Below are positions 16,943-26,547 of a stretch of DNA of 38,977 nt, piece by piece. Every line of letters begins with the position of its first letter. The stretch's first letter is position 1. The notes under the pieces are model-generated. The model was not told the origin of the DNA. It did no database searches and worked only from the letters and a program-made list of their open reading frames with translations. A program made the position numbers and the translations under genes. Source of the DNA: a virus (Duplodnaviria; Caudoviricetes); the IMG/VR virus record IMGVR_UViG_3300042191_000222, positions 1 through 38,977 of that record; one strand, written 5' to 3'.

Positions 16943-17728
16943 ATGGCTAACGCGTTGTATCCGTGCACGCCGTGGCCGATCAACCCGAGGTGCTGCCCCG
17001 GCTGGCCAGAAGACCCGGCGCAGTGGACCCCGGAGCATCGTGAGGCGCAAATGCGCGCCACGATCGATTTGTGGCGAGCCATCGGTGGCATCCTGGGTCT
17101 ATGCCGGGCCATCGTGCGACCCTGCCTCGATGAATGCTCCAGCACCCGCAGTTGGGGCGGATGGATGGTCCCCTACATTCGCGACGGCAACTGGTACAAC
17201 AACTTGTGTGGCTGCGAAGGCGACTGCTCCTGCACGAAATTGTGCACGGTCACGCTGCCCGGTCCGGTGCATTTGGTCGAGTCGGTCACTATCGGCGGTC
17301 AACTGGTACCGGCATCCGATTGGCGGCCTTTGACCGGCGACAAGGTCGCCCGCGTCAATGGCGGCTGCTGGCCGTCCTGTCAAGACCTGCGTGTTCCCGA
17401 TGCCGATGGGTTCACCGTCACTTATCAGCGTGGTGTCCCACCGGGACCGGATGCCATCAATGCCGTCTCCAAACTAGCCTGCAAATACCTCACCGACTGT
17501 CCGCCGGATGCTGGCGGCGACTGCGGGACGCTACCGCCGGGTGTCACGTCCATGAACCGTGAGGGTATTTCCATGCGTTTTGGTACCGGTGACAACTTCG
17601 ATGCCGGAATCGCCATCGTCAATGAGTTCGTTGCCTCCATCAACCCATACGGGCTCACCGAGGTTCCCGCCGTGTGGTCACCAGATGTTGATGAGCCCCT
17701 GGTGTTCTACGAAGGACCGGTCACCTAA
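16943..17728 (+). CDS. head-to-tail adaptor-like protein (Cys-rich)
   Basis: LW...G...G.C...VRPC, LPGPV..V..V.I.G, WP.CQDL and LP.GVTS..R.G motifs; synteny. Confidence 0.75.
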   Translation: MANALYPCTPWPINPRCCPGWPEDPAQWTPEHREAQMRATIDLWRAIGGILGLCRAIVRPCLDECSSTRSWGGWMVPYIRDGNWYNNLCGCEGDCSCTKLCTVTLPGPVHLVESVTIGGQLVPASDWRPLTGDKVARVNGGCWPSCQDLRVPDADGFTVTYQRGVPPGPDAINAVSKLACKYLTDCPPDAGGDCGTLPPGVTSMNREGISMRFGTGDNFDAGIAIVNEFVASINPYGLTEVPAVWSPDVDEPLVFYEGPVT

Positions 17729-18381
17729 TGGCGTACCTGATTGACCTGCTCGAAAACGACCTGTTGACGTGCCTGTGCGCGATGCTGACCGCCGAGGGCC
17801 GACCACCGTGCGCCTGCCATCACTATGCTGGGGAGAACCGTCCCCCGGCCGACCGGTGCAGCACCACCGATACCGGCGAAAACGGGATGGCATGGGTGCG
17901 GCGTGGCGCGTCGGGCTGGAGGCCCGGCACTGTCAACAGTGGCAGATCGTGGGACGGCCGGTTCTGTGGCGGCTCGGCCACGTGGGAAACCATGATCGAA
18001 GTTGGTCTGCGGCGGTGTATCAAGGCCGTCCAGGTCGATAACCAGGCACCCGACCCCGATTTGTACAACCAGGACCGAGAACTGCTCAAGGCCGACGAAC
18101 AAACCTTGTTCAAGGTGTTGTGCTGCGATGTGTGGACCAGCCAGCAAGGATCGGGTTTCACTGTGGTCGCTGCCACCAATTCGCCGCTGGGGCCGTTGGG
18201 TATGTGCTCGGGAAATGTGTTGCAGATCGTCGTGTCCGGAGACCCTACCGCCACCGATGAACCGGCCGGTGGCATCGAGTTGATGGTGGCCGCCGACGCC
18301 GGTGACCCGACCGGGTACACCGCGCAGGCTATTTACAGCAATCAGGTGACGTATGTGTCAGGCCCGGCCGGTGGTGGCTGA
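17728..18381 (+). CDS. head-tail completion / tail terminator-like protein
   Basis: G.AWVR and EVG..RC motifs; TAATG coupling; synteny. Confidence 0.6.
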   Translation: MAYLIDLLENDLLTCLCAMLTAEGRPPCACHHYAGENRPPADRCSTTDTGENGMAWVRRGASGWRPGTVNSGRSWDGRFCGGSATWETMIEVGLRRCIKAVQVDNQAPDPDLYNQDRELLKADEQTLFKVLCCDVWTSQQGSGFTVVAATNSPLGPLGMCSGNVLQIVVSGDPTATDEPAGGIELMVAADAGDPTGYTAQAIYSNQVTYVSGPAGGG

Positions 18382-18839
18382 TGGCCACCAAGATCACTAT
18401 CCACATGGATGTCGTCAACCAGATCCTTAACGTCGCCGACGTGCCTCGCATGGTCAGGCGGACGGGAAACTCGGTCCTGTCATCGGTGATCTCTGAGACT
18501 CCGGTCGGAGAAACAGCGGCGATGAAGGCATCAAACCGGCATGTCAACCACGTTCAGGCATTCCGGAATGTCACCTCCAGGATATTCAACGTCGATCCGG
18601 CCGCAGGGTGGGTCAACCGGGGAACCGGCGAATACAACAGGGATGGCCCGACGGGGCGGATCTTTCCCCGCACAGCGCCTCTACTGGTTTTTCCGGCGCG
18701 CAAGTACCCGTCGCCGGACGGGATGGTCAGGGTTGCCAGTATCGCCGGGCAAGAAGCCAACGAATTTATGTGGCGGGGCTTGGTTAAAGGAGTCGCCCGG
18801 TCAGGCTATATATGGTCGGTCAGGAAGAACGTTCCGTAA
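18381..18839 (+). CDS. HK97 gp10-like tail completion protein
   Basis: PV..T..M..S, A.WV..GT and GQ.AN.FM..GL patterns. Confidence 0.7.
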   Translation: MATKITIHMDVVNQILNVADVPRMVRRTGNSVLSSVISETPVGETAAMKASNRHVNHVQAFRNVTSRIFNVDPAAGWVNRGTGEYNRDGPTGRIFPRTAPLLVFPARKYPSPDGMVRVASIAGQEANEFMWRGLVKGVARSGYIWSVRKNVP

Positions 18840-19308
18840 TCTTGGCTTCCTGATGGTTGGCGACGTGAATCTTGATGGCGGTTTGAAGAGTCTTGCGCCG
18901 GTTCGTGTCGCTGGCTTTGAGCAGGCGGCGGCCGACAGCCACCCACACGGCGGTGATCTCGGGAACGCCCCGCGCCACAACGATCTGGTTGACGAACTCG
19001 GCGATGATCCTGCCTGATTTCCGGTGGTCTGCCATGCCGTCGGGTACGTCGAAATAGACGTTCTGGCCGTTGGGGCTATGGGTTCGCATTGCCGTCAGGA
19101 TCGCCGCGACGATCAGCATTGGTGCCACAGGATGTCCCAAAACGGCGTCGATCCGATCGGGGGCGCACCAGCAGTCGTCAACGGCGGCGATCATAGCGCT
19201 TTCGATGGTGTTGACCAGCTGTGGAGGCATGTTGCTGAACGTAACGTCGTATGCGCTTCCAGGGGTGATGGGTAGATCAGTTACGTCGTGGCGGGTGCAG
19301 TCGGTCAT
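18820..19308 (-). CDS. hypothetical protein (reverse-strand insertion in tail module)
   Basis: 162-aa ORF filling the gap; TAACAT box 5 nt before the ATG. Confidence 0.65.
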   Translation of the reverse strand: MTDCTRHDVTDLPITPGSAYDVTFSNMPPQLVNTIESAMIAAVDDCWCAPDRIDAVLGHPVAPMLIVAAILTAMRTHSPNGQNVYFDVPDGMADHRKSGRIIAEFVNQIVVARGVPEITAVWVAVGRRLLKASDTNRRKTLQTAIKIHVANHQEAKITERSS

Positions 19309-19415
19309 GCGACATGTTATCGACTCAGTGGTTTTGGGTGGTTGCCGCCACAGACGCGAATCTATTCGTCCTGAAATGCGTCCTTAGAGAAGAATGTCCG
19401 TTTATAGTCCGGTTG

Positions 19416-19994
19416 GTGACCACTACACCTGACGCGTATGCCTATACTTCCGGCCCTGTGGCGTCGATGCCACTGGGGCAAGCCCAAGCTCAAGCCGCTG
19501 CCGCGCAGCAGTTTCAGCAACAGCAGGCAGTTACCAATCAACTAGTGCCCCCGCAGGCCGCCGTGCCCGCGCTACCACCAGTTGTTGTCGACCTGGACCT
19601 GGACGACATCAGCGACGAACCATTCACGCCGCAGACTTTCCGTCTTGGCGGCATCGTGTACACCCTCCAGCTCGACGACGACAATCTGCTGACCGAGCTG
19701 GGTGATTTCGAGCAGGACGGAAACCTCGACCTGGACGAGCTGCACCGGTTCTTCTTCACCGAAACCTTTGCCGGTGCCACCGACTCCAACGGCCAGAACG
19801 TCCCTGACGGTTTGAACCGGTTGCTAGCCGAGATTATGGCGGTCGATGAAAACGGTAAACGCAAGGTGTCTTTGCGGAAACGAGGGATGATCACCGAGAC
19901 GGCTGTCAGCAAATGGGCTGACGAGCTGACCGATACGTCTATGCGACCAACACGACGCAACCGCTCCGATAGGCGTCGCAGCAAACGCCGGTGA
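19416..19994 (+). CDS. putative tail assembly chaperone
   Basis: Acidic protein with DLD.....EPF...F pattern and PTRRNR..RR C-terminus. GTG 19416 is 7 nt after TATAGT; lies two genes before the TMP. Confidence 0.6.
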   Translation: MTTTPDAYAYTSGPVASMPLGQAQAQAAAAQQFQQQQAVTNQLVPPQAAVPALPPVVVDLDLDDISDEPFTPQTFRLGGIVYTLQLDDDNLLTELGDFEQDGNLDLDELHRFFFTETFAGATDSNGQNVPDGLNRLLAEIMAVDENGKRKVSLRKRGMITETAVSKWADELTDTSMRPTRRNRSDRRRSKRR

Positions 19995-20530
19995 TCGCCT
20001 CGTTTCGCCATCGGCTTCACCGGCCGGGCCATTCTCCGCCGGTCGTGGCCCTGATCCTGGGCGAAGACGAATATCACCTGCGCGTGCCCGATCCATATGC
20101 GCTGATGGACCTGGCCGCTGCCTACAACTGGACAGCCCTGATTCCAGGGGCATTGACCGGTGATGGACCCGACCGGATCGCTGAACATCTTGCCGATCCC
20201 GATCACAAGTTGACTTCTAAACGGCTGCACGTGGCGGTGCAGCCACTGGGCACATACCTGTATGGGTGGCCGTTCTATATCGCGTCGCGGGCACTGCGAC
20301 TACTTCGTTTCCACGAGGCCACGTTCCGGTGTTGGGCGCTGCTGAATGTGGCGCTGCCAGTGGATGCCATGTCGGCGGCCGACTGGACGGCGGCCTCCAT
20401 CGCGTGGCAGATGTCGATGAATCACAAAGAGGAGGAGCGGAACGCCGCGTGGGCGGAGTTGACGGTTCCCGGCCGGTTGCCGATGGACGCGCCCGGTGTC
20501 ACACCTGACTGGATGCGGGGCTCAGATTAG
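19991..20530 (+). CDS. putative second tail assembly chaperone
   Basis: GTGA-coupled to the previous gene and directly precedes the tape measure gene. Confidence 0.55.
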   Translation: MIASFRHRLHRPGHSPPVVALILGEDEYHLRVPDPYALMDLAAAYNWTALIPGALTGDGPDRIAEHLADPDHKLTSKRLHVAVQPLGTYLYGWPFYIASRALRLLRFHEATFRCWALLNVALPVDAMSAADWTAASIAWQMSMNHKEEERNAAWAELTVPGRLPMDAPGVTPDWMRGSD

Positions 20531-20601
20531 TCCCAAAAGCGTAGGATAATGCCATATGCCCGAATTGTGGGGTTTCGGGAGTTTAGTTTCGGGGGAAACG
20601 C

Positions 20602-23600
20602 ATGGCGACGATCGCGACCGCAGAGGTCGAAGTCCTCGCTGACACCTCCCGTTTTCTAGGTGACCTGCGCCGCAAGCTCCGCGCCGAGTTTGCCGCCCTG
20701 GGCGACGACATTGGCTCACAACTAGCCAGTGGCGTCCAACGGTCACTGAACCGGTCCATGGGCCGCCTACGCATCAACACTGGCGCTGGCCGTACCGCCG
20801 GAAGTAACTTCGGACGCAGCTTCGACTCCGGATTTGTCGCAGCCGTACGCGACATGGGACGCCAACTCAACATTTTTATCGGTGAAGGTTTGGCCACCGG
20901 TGCCCGGTGGGGAGCCGGATTCGTACGAGGCGCGGACAGGTTCCTGGATTCCAGCCTCGGCCGGGGCATCAACCGTGCCATCGGGACCGGGCTGGATGTA
21001 GGTGCCCGGTGGGGAGCCGGATTCGTACGTGGGGTAGACCGGCTCCTTGATACAACCCTGGGGCGGGGCATCAATCGTGCCATCGGTACTGGCCTGGACA
21101 TCGGTGCCCGCTGGGGTCGAGGTTTTGTCACCGGCGCTAACCGTGGCCTGGGCCGACTCATCGAAAACGTTGCCAACTCCGTCACCGGATCGCGTGCCAT
21201 CGGTACCGGAATCAGATGGGGCGGAGCTTTCGTACGTGGCGCGGCCACCGCGTTCACCACACTGACCACCGCTGTTACCCGCGCCATTGACAACGCCAAC
21301 GCTATCCGTGCCGGGCTGCGATTCGGTCAGGCTTTCGTCCGCGCCGCGTCATCGGCGTTTGGGCGTCTGGGCCGACAAGCAGGGCAGCAAGTTGGTGCCG
21401 CTGAAGGTGTCAGAGCCGGAGCCGCCTGGGGACGCGGATTCGCTCTCGGCGCGCGACAAGGCTTGACCCGCCTGGGGTCAGCCTTCGCATCCCTGGCCAC
21501 TGGGCCGCTGAGGCTCGTCAGTCGCATATTCCAAGAACTGCCGTCGCAGATCGGTGTCGTGGTTGCCGCTGGCACCGCCCTGTACGCGATCTTTGTGCAG
21601 CTGGCACCCTTGGCCGCTGGCCTTCCGGCGGCGATCGGCCTATTGGGGGCGGCCGCTACCACCGCAGTCCTCGCCTTCCAAGGATTCGGAGAGGTCTTCT
21701 CCAACTTGGGCAGCGGCAATATCGACAAAATCCGTGCCGCCATGGCGGACCTTACCCCGGCTGCGCAATCGGCAGTCGAAGAACTCATCGACATGCGTGC
21801 CGCATTCGACGGCATTTCCGCTATCGCCCAACAGGCACTGTTCTCGCAGATCAGTGGACAAATCTCCCAGCTGGGTAGTGCCCTGTCCGGGCCGTTGAAG
21901 GCCGGGGTAGATGCTGCCGCGTCCGGCCTGGGTGTACTGGTCGCCGAGTTTTTGGAGTTCGCGGGCCAAGAAGCCACCGGGGCCGCCCTCGAAGAAACAT
22001 TTACATCCCTTGGTGTCATCTTCGAGAACCTTTCCACCGCGATGCAGCCGTTCTTTGAGGGTCTGCGCGACGCCGCGACAGCTCTGCTTCCCCGATTCGA
22101 AGGATTTTCGGAGACCATCGCCGACGCCGCGACGCGTTTCGGCGAGTTTTTGTCCGCTGGAGCCGACTCGGGGGCACTGCTGTCATCGTTTGACGCCGCA
22201 GTGGCCACTTTGGGTGTCTTTATTGACCTGATCAGCGAGGTCGGACGGCTTTTCCAGGCCATTTTCTCGGCCGCCGAGGACTCCGGGTCCGGATTCTTGA
22301 GCACGCTGAGCGGAATGGTCACGTTGCTGGCCGATATCGCCGAATCGGCGGCCGGTCAAGAGGCGCTGGGGGCGATTTTCGTTGCTCTGGCCGACATTTT
22401 CGCCGCGCTGGCACCTGCGGTGGCCGCATTCGTGTCCGGAATCGGCCTGCTAGCACCAATTATCGCCGATATCGCCGAAGCCGCAGGTCCTGGGCTTGCC
22501 GCCGCCTTTTCTGGGCTGGCAGACGGGCTAGCTGCCGTCGGCCCCGGCGTGGTTGTCGTCTTCCAGGCTCTGGCAGACGCCGTGATTGCCCTGGCACCGG
22601 CCTTGCAGCCCCTCGGAGCCGTCCTCGGGACTGTCCTAACTGCACTTGCGCCGATTATTCCACTGATTGGCGATCTGGCAGGGGTGGTATTGGGCCTGCT
22701 CGTTGGCGCTTTCTCCGCTCTAATCCCCGCGATCCAGCCCATTGTGGAGGTATTGTCCACTGTGCTGCCACCGCTGATTGGCGTGCTCGGTGAGACCTTC
22801 GGAAAAGTGATCGAGGCTGTCGCACCGCTGATCGAGATCATCGGAACCGGTTTGTCCACTGTGCTCGAAACCCTTGCGCCGATAATCGAGCAGCTGGTGA
22901 CAATGTGGGCAGATGCCTTCCTACCTGCGGTGGAGGCGCTTACACCCTTGATCCAGCCCCTTGTTGACATACTGATATTGCTGATCGATAGTGCACTGTC
23001 CATAATGGTCCCGATCTGGGAAACCTTGGCAGAGATAATAACCAGCCTAGTGCCGCTGCTTTCCACCCTTGTGGAGGCTCTGATTCCGATTTTCGAGGTT
23101 TTCGAGGCCCTGATCCCACCTCTGACCGAGCTGATCGCCGGAATCCTAGATGGACTGTTGCCGATCTTGCCGTCCCTTGTGGAACTTTTTGTGAATTTGC
23201 TGTCGGTCGGCCTCGATCCGGCCGTCACGATCCTGGAACTTCTAGCCAGCATCATCATCGCCGTAGTCATACCAGCCATCGAAATATTGGTAGATATAAT
23301 TAACGTAATTGTCGGTGTGATCGGCGGTTTTATCACGATCGTCATCGAAATCGCGAACGCACTGGAAGTTACCCTGGGTGCCGCCGCCGATTTCATCATC
23401 GACAAAGTGGGCGGACCCTTGACATCGGCCATCGAGGCCGTCGGAGATATTTTTGAGGGCTTTACCGACATTGTGTCCGATGTGGCCGATGATATTTCTG
23501 GGTTCATCGACGATATCGTCGGCTGGTTCCAGGAGCTTCCCGGCCGCATCGTCGACGCGATCGGCGATCTGGCCGGAACAATCGGCGACACCATCGGCAG

Positions 23601-23904
23601 TGCTCTGGATGAAGCCGGAAGCTGGATCGGTTTCGCCAACGGTGGAATCGTATCCGGTCCCACATTCGCGATGGTCGGCGAAGCCGGTCCCGAAGTGATC
23701 ATACCTCTGTCGCGGCCTGAGCGCGCCATCGCGCTGGCGCAGCAGTCCGGGCTGGCGCAGTTGCTGGCCGGGCGAGACATGACCAACTCCGGTACACCCG
23801 ATTCGCGGCCCATTGAGATGCACGTGCACTCCAACTCCGTCAACCCGCATCTGGTCGCCACTCGCGCGGTGCGGATGCTCTCACGGCAGGTGGTCACCCG
23901 GTGA
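20602..23904 (+). CDS. tape measure protein
   Basis: 1100 aa, Ala/Gly/Leu-rich amphipathic repeats, A.VEV.ADTSRF start and FANGGIV.GPT.AMVGEAGPEVIIPL C-terminal motif. Confidence 0.92.
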   Translation: MATIATAEVEVLADTSRFLGDLRRKLRAEFAALGDDIGSQLASGVQRSLNRSMGRLRINTGAGRTAGSNFGRSFDSGFVAAVRDMGRQLNIFIGEGLATGARWGAGFVRGADRFLDSSLGRGINRAIGTGLDVGARWGAGFVRGVDRLLDTTLGRGINRAIGTGLDIGARWGRGFVTGANRGLGRLIENVANSVTGSRAIGTGIRWGGAFVRGAATAFTTLTTAVTRAIDNANAIRAGLRFGQAFVRAASSAFGRLGRQAGQQVGAAEGVRAGAAWGRGFALGARQGLTRLGSAFASLATGPLRLVSRIFQELPSQIGVVVAAGTALYAIFVQLAPLAAGLPAAIGLLGAAATTAVLAFQGFGEVFSNLGSGNIDKIRAAMADLTPAAQSAVEELIDMRAAFDGISAIAQQALFSQISGQISQLGSALSGPLKAGVDAAASGLGVLVAEFLEFAGQEATGAALEETFTSLGVIFENLSTAMQPFFEGLRDAATALLPRFEGFSETIADAATRFGEFLSAGADSGALLSSFDAAVATLGVFIDLISEVGRLFQAIFSAAEDSGSGFLSTLSGMVTLLADIAESAAGQEALGAIFVALADIFAALAPAVAAFVSGIGLLAPIIADIAEAAGPGLAAAFSGLADGLAAVGPGVVVVFQALADAVIALAPALQPLGAVLGTVLTALAPIIPLIGDLAGVVLGLLVGAFSALIPAIQPIVEVLSTVLPPLIGVLGETFGKVIEAVAPLIEIIGTGLSTVLETLAPIIEQLVTMWADAFLPAVEALTPLIQPLVDILILLIDSALSIMVPIWETLAEIITSLVPLLSTLVEALIPIFEVFEALIPPLTELIAGILDGLLPILPSLVELFVNLLSVGLDPAVTILELLASIIIAVVIPAIEILVDIINVIVGVIGGFITIVIEIANALEVTLGAAADFIIDKVGGPLTSAIEAVGDIFEGFTDIVSDVADDISGFIDDIVGWFQELPGRIVDAIGDLAGTIGDTIGSALDEAGSWIGFANGGIVSGPTFAMVGEAGPEVIIPLSRPERAIALAQQSGLAQLLAGRDMTNSGTPDSRPIEMHVHSNSVNPHLVATRAVRMLSRQVVTR
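20899..21240 (+). repeat. 102-bp (34-aa) tandem repeats in TMP N-terminus
   Basis: GGTGCCCG(G/C)TGGGG starts at 20899, 21001 and 21103; peptide GxRWGxGFVxG. Confidence 0.8.
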
Positions 23905-25130
23905 GTTTCGCTGACCGTTCAGGATGGATGTCGATCGACGGCAACGAGGTCATCAACTCGATGCGGATGGCCTCCTACGTGGCCAGAGCCGGGTGCGGTG
24001 GCCTGCCGACGACCATCTGCATGCCGTGTCCTGAATTGTTCTCACTGGTGTCGACTCCCCCGTATATCGACCCGGCGCAAGATGACGCACCGTGGTTCGA
24101 CCCTGGCCGCCCAGAGTCGCGCATGTTTTTCGGTGTCGGCGGTATTGATCTGTTGGGTGTGGCCAGTGATCCCGACACCAACGAGAACGGCCGGAACGTG
24201 CGTGATGTGTCGGCGCGTGTCGTGCTGGCCGGTTTCGATGAGTCGGCTCTGTCGTATGGAATCGCTTGGTTGTCGCGTGCCCTCAAAGGCAGCTTCTGCG
24301 CATCTGGGTCATGTAGTGGAACTCAAGCATGCATCGCCATCTCGTGTCCCACATCGTGGGCACCCGATCCGGTGCGGACCATGTACGACGTGCAGGTGAT
24401 CGACAAGCCTGAAGTGGTGGCCGTATACCGGATGACCGGGTACACGCTGTGGGAAGTCGAGTTCACGTTGCGCGCCAATAACCCGTATCTCTACCAGGAC
24501 CCGTCGCCGACCAACACACTCACGATCATCCCATCGGGTGGGATTGGGCGTCTGATTGATCTACCGGCCGTTTATGCCCGGTGTGAAGAGCCGGTGCCGT
24601 GCGGGCAGGACCCCGAATGCCCCCGCCCAGAGATCCCCATTGTTCCTCAGCCGCCCCTGGACGCCTGCTATCCGGCCGCACCGTTCCCCGGTAAACGGGT
24701 TGTGGCGTCGGTGGCTCCTGAGAACGTGTCGACGTGGCTGGACATGGTGCCGGTGGTGACCATCACGTCGGCTGACCTACCGGTACGGAACTTGACCGTC
24801 CGGTTCTACGTCAATGCGTTGGGTCTGACCTGTGATGACATTTTGCAGCTTGAGCCGTGTTCGGCGTGTGCTGACATTACGGTGTCCTACCTTCCGCCCA
24901 ACTCGATTACTGAGATCGACGGCCGTGTCCGGCGCGCTTTGATTCGCTGTATCTCGCCGTCTGGGGAAGACACTGACGTTCCGCCGTTGTACGGCCCGGC
25001 CGGGCAAATGTTCGTGTGGCCGGAATTCTCGTGTGGTTATGGGCTGTGTGTTGAGGTGACCGCTCACGAATCGATATCGCCGGACGCGACTGTCCAGATC
25101 GGGTTTTATACGCGGCAGGAGGCCGCATAG
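23901..25130 (+). CDS. minor tail protein (distal tail-like)
   Basis: Follows the TMP; G.E..N..R...Y, D.APW.DP..PES..F.G and IDGR motifs. Confidence 0.75.
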   Translation: MSFADRSGWMSIDGNEVINSMRMASYVARAGCGGLPTTICMPCPELFSLVSTPPYIDPAQDDAPWFDPGRPESRMFFGVGGIDLLGVASDPDTNENGRNVRDVSARVVLAGFDESALSYGIAWLSRALKGSFCASGSCSGTQACIAISCPTSWAPDPVRTMYDVQVIDKPEVVAVYRMTGYTLWEVEFTLRANNPYLYQDPSPTNTLTIIPSGGIGRLIDLPAVYARCEEPVPCGQDPECPRPEIPIVPQPPLDACYPAAPFPGKRVVASVAPENVSTWLDMVPVVTITSADLPVRNLTVRFYVNALGLTCDDILQLEPCSACADITVSYLPPNSITEIDGRVRRALIRCISPSGEDTDVPPLYGPAGQMFVWPEFSCGYGLCVEVTAHESISPDATVQIGFYTRQEAA

Positions 25131-26323
25131 TGGCGTCTTTGCTGGGTTGCGCTGACCAGTACACCGTCGAGATTCACGCCATCAAACGTGTCGACCAGAA
25201 CGATGAGCCGCTTCCGGCGGCCGAGATCTTCTACGTCGGTTCTATTGATGGGGTATCGCGTATCCGGTGGGGCCGAGTCTTGCGTGATTTTTCCGAAGCC
25301 ACCATCGACATCGATTTCGTTGACGCTTCCCCCGGTTGCTGTCGGCTGTGGAACCGGATTGAGGCGCGGGTATCGCAGATCCGGATCTTCCGCGACAACG
25401 TGCAAGTGTGGGAAGGCGAGGTCATACAACCGATCGAAACATTCGGTTCTCCCATCAAGCAGCTGATCTGCCGTGACATTCTCCACCGTCTCGACGAGGT
25501 CGTCAATGCGCACCGGTTGTTTACCGAGGAGCCCATGCCGATCACACAGATCGCGTTCGACATGATCGAGGCCAACCTTATGGACGCGGCCTTCGACGAC
25601 CCGGTCGATTCGTCGATCATCATGCCGCAAATCGTTGTTATCGAGTCTGAAGAGGTCACCAACTACCGGCGAGGTGCCGTCGTTGACACCCTGGGTTCAA
25701 TTTTGCGGCAGATGGCTCAGTCTTACGCCCTGGATTTCACGGTCATCAACCGGTCTTTGCGGCTACAACGTCGTATCACCACCCGTGATCAGACGCAGGC
25801 ACGTATCACCACGGAGCATTTCGACGGGGACGTGGACGTTTTGGTCAATGGCCTGGAGGCCGGTGTCCGTGGCTGGGCGACAACCCAACGCGATGGGGAT
25901 AGCGAAGGCGACGACGACTGGCCGGGCATTACGGAAACGTACCTGCCTGATGTCAACGAGGAGCCTGATTCACGGTTGTCGGTGTACCGGTATGGCCGGA
26001 TCGACGTGCTGCGGCACATGGAGGACTCCAACGCCACGCAGGCGGACGTAAAGCGCTCGGCCAAGAACGCTGTATGGAACCGGAACCCGCCGCCGACCGA
26101 GGTGCGCATGCCAGGTTCAGCAAAACTCACCGCATCGGCTCCATTGTCTATGGAGGATCTAATTCCTGGAATCCGGCTTGACGTGTTCATCATCGAAGGT
26201 TTGTGTAGCCCTGTCCGTCAGGGTATGCGTTTGGTGACGTTGGAGGTCGAGTGGGAAGAAAACGGTACTGAAACGGTCAGTGTCGGTTTGTCGACGTTGT
26301 CGGATGTGACAGGAGCAGCTTGA
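25130..26323 (+). CDS. minor tail protein (baseplate hub-like)
   Basis: W.R...D.SEA, I.RD...VWEG and L..EDL.PG motifs; synteny. Confidence 0.75.
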   Translation: MASLLGCADQYTVEIHAIKRVDQNDEPLPAAEIFYVGSIDGVSRIRWGRVLRDFSEATIDIDFVDASPGCCRLWNRIEARVSQIRIFRDNVQVWEGEVIQPIETFGSPIKQLICRDILHRLDEVVNAHRLFTEEPMPITQIAFDMIEANLMDAAFDDPVDSSIIMPQIVVIESEEVTNYRRGAVVDTLGSILRQMAQSYALDFTVINRSLRLQRRITTRDQTQARITTEHFDGDVDVLVNGLEAGVRGWATTQRDGDSEGDDDWPGITETYLPDVNEEPDSRLSVYRYGRIDVLRHMEDSNATQADVKRSAKNAVWNRNPPPTEVRMPGSAKLTASAPLSMEDLIPGIRLDVFIIEGLCSPVRQGMRLVTLEVEWEENGTETVSVGLSTLSDVTGAA

Positions 26324-26526
26324 TGAGTACTTCGCAGGTGTGGTCGGTGGCCACCGATGAGGGCGCGGCGGCTCTGATTGGTCGTCATATTGGCAGGTCA
26401 ACCGAGGGGATGGGCCGTGTGACGGCGCGAATTGGGTACACCAACAAACACGGTGCCCGTATTGTCCGCAAATGGGCGGAAGATGGTGTCATGATAGAGG
26501 CCGAAACGGACAAACTTCAGATTTAG
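26320..26526 (+). CDS. hypothetical 68-aa protein
   Basis: AGGAG SD; overlaps the previous stop. Confidence 0.55.
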   Translation: MMSTSQVWSVATDEGAAALIGRHIGRSTEGMGRVTARIGYTNKHGARIVRKWAEDGVMIEAETDKLQI

Positions 26527-26547
26527 GACATTCCGGGGGGAATTGGT

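Noticed and set aside
19940-20000. Programmed -1 frameshift between tail chaperones
   Set aside because: I found no XXXYYYZ slippery heptamer near the end of the first ORF; the GTGA overlap fits translational coupling.
21327-23897. Long antisense ORFs opposite the tape measure gene (similarly 10597..11781, 13301..14746, 14988..16265)
   Set aside because: Shadow ORFs expected from high-GC codon bias opposite well-supported genes.
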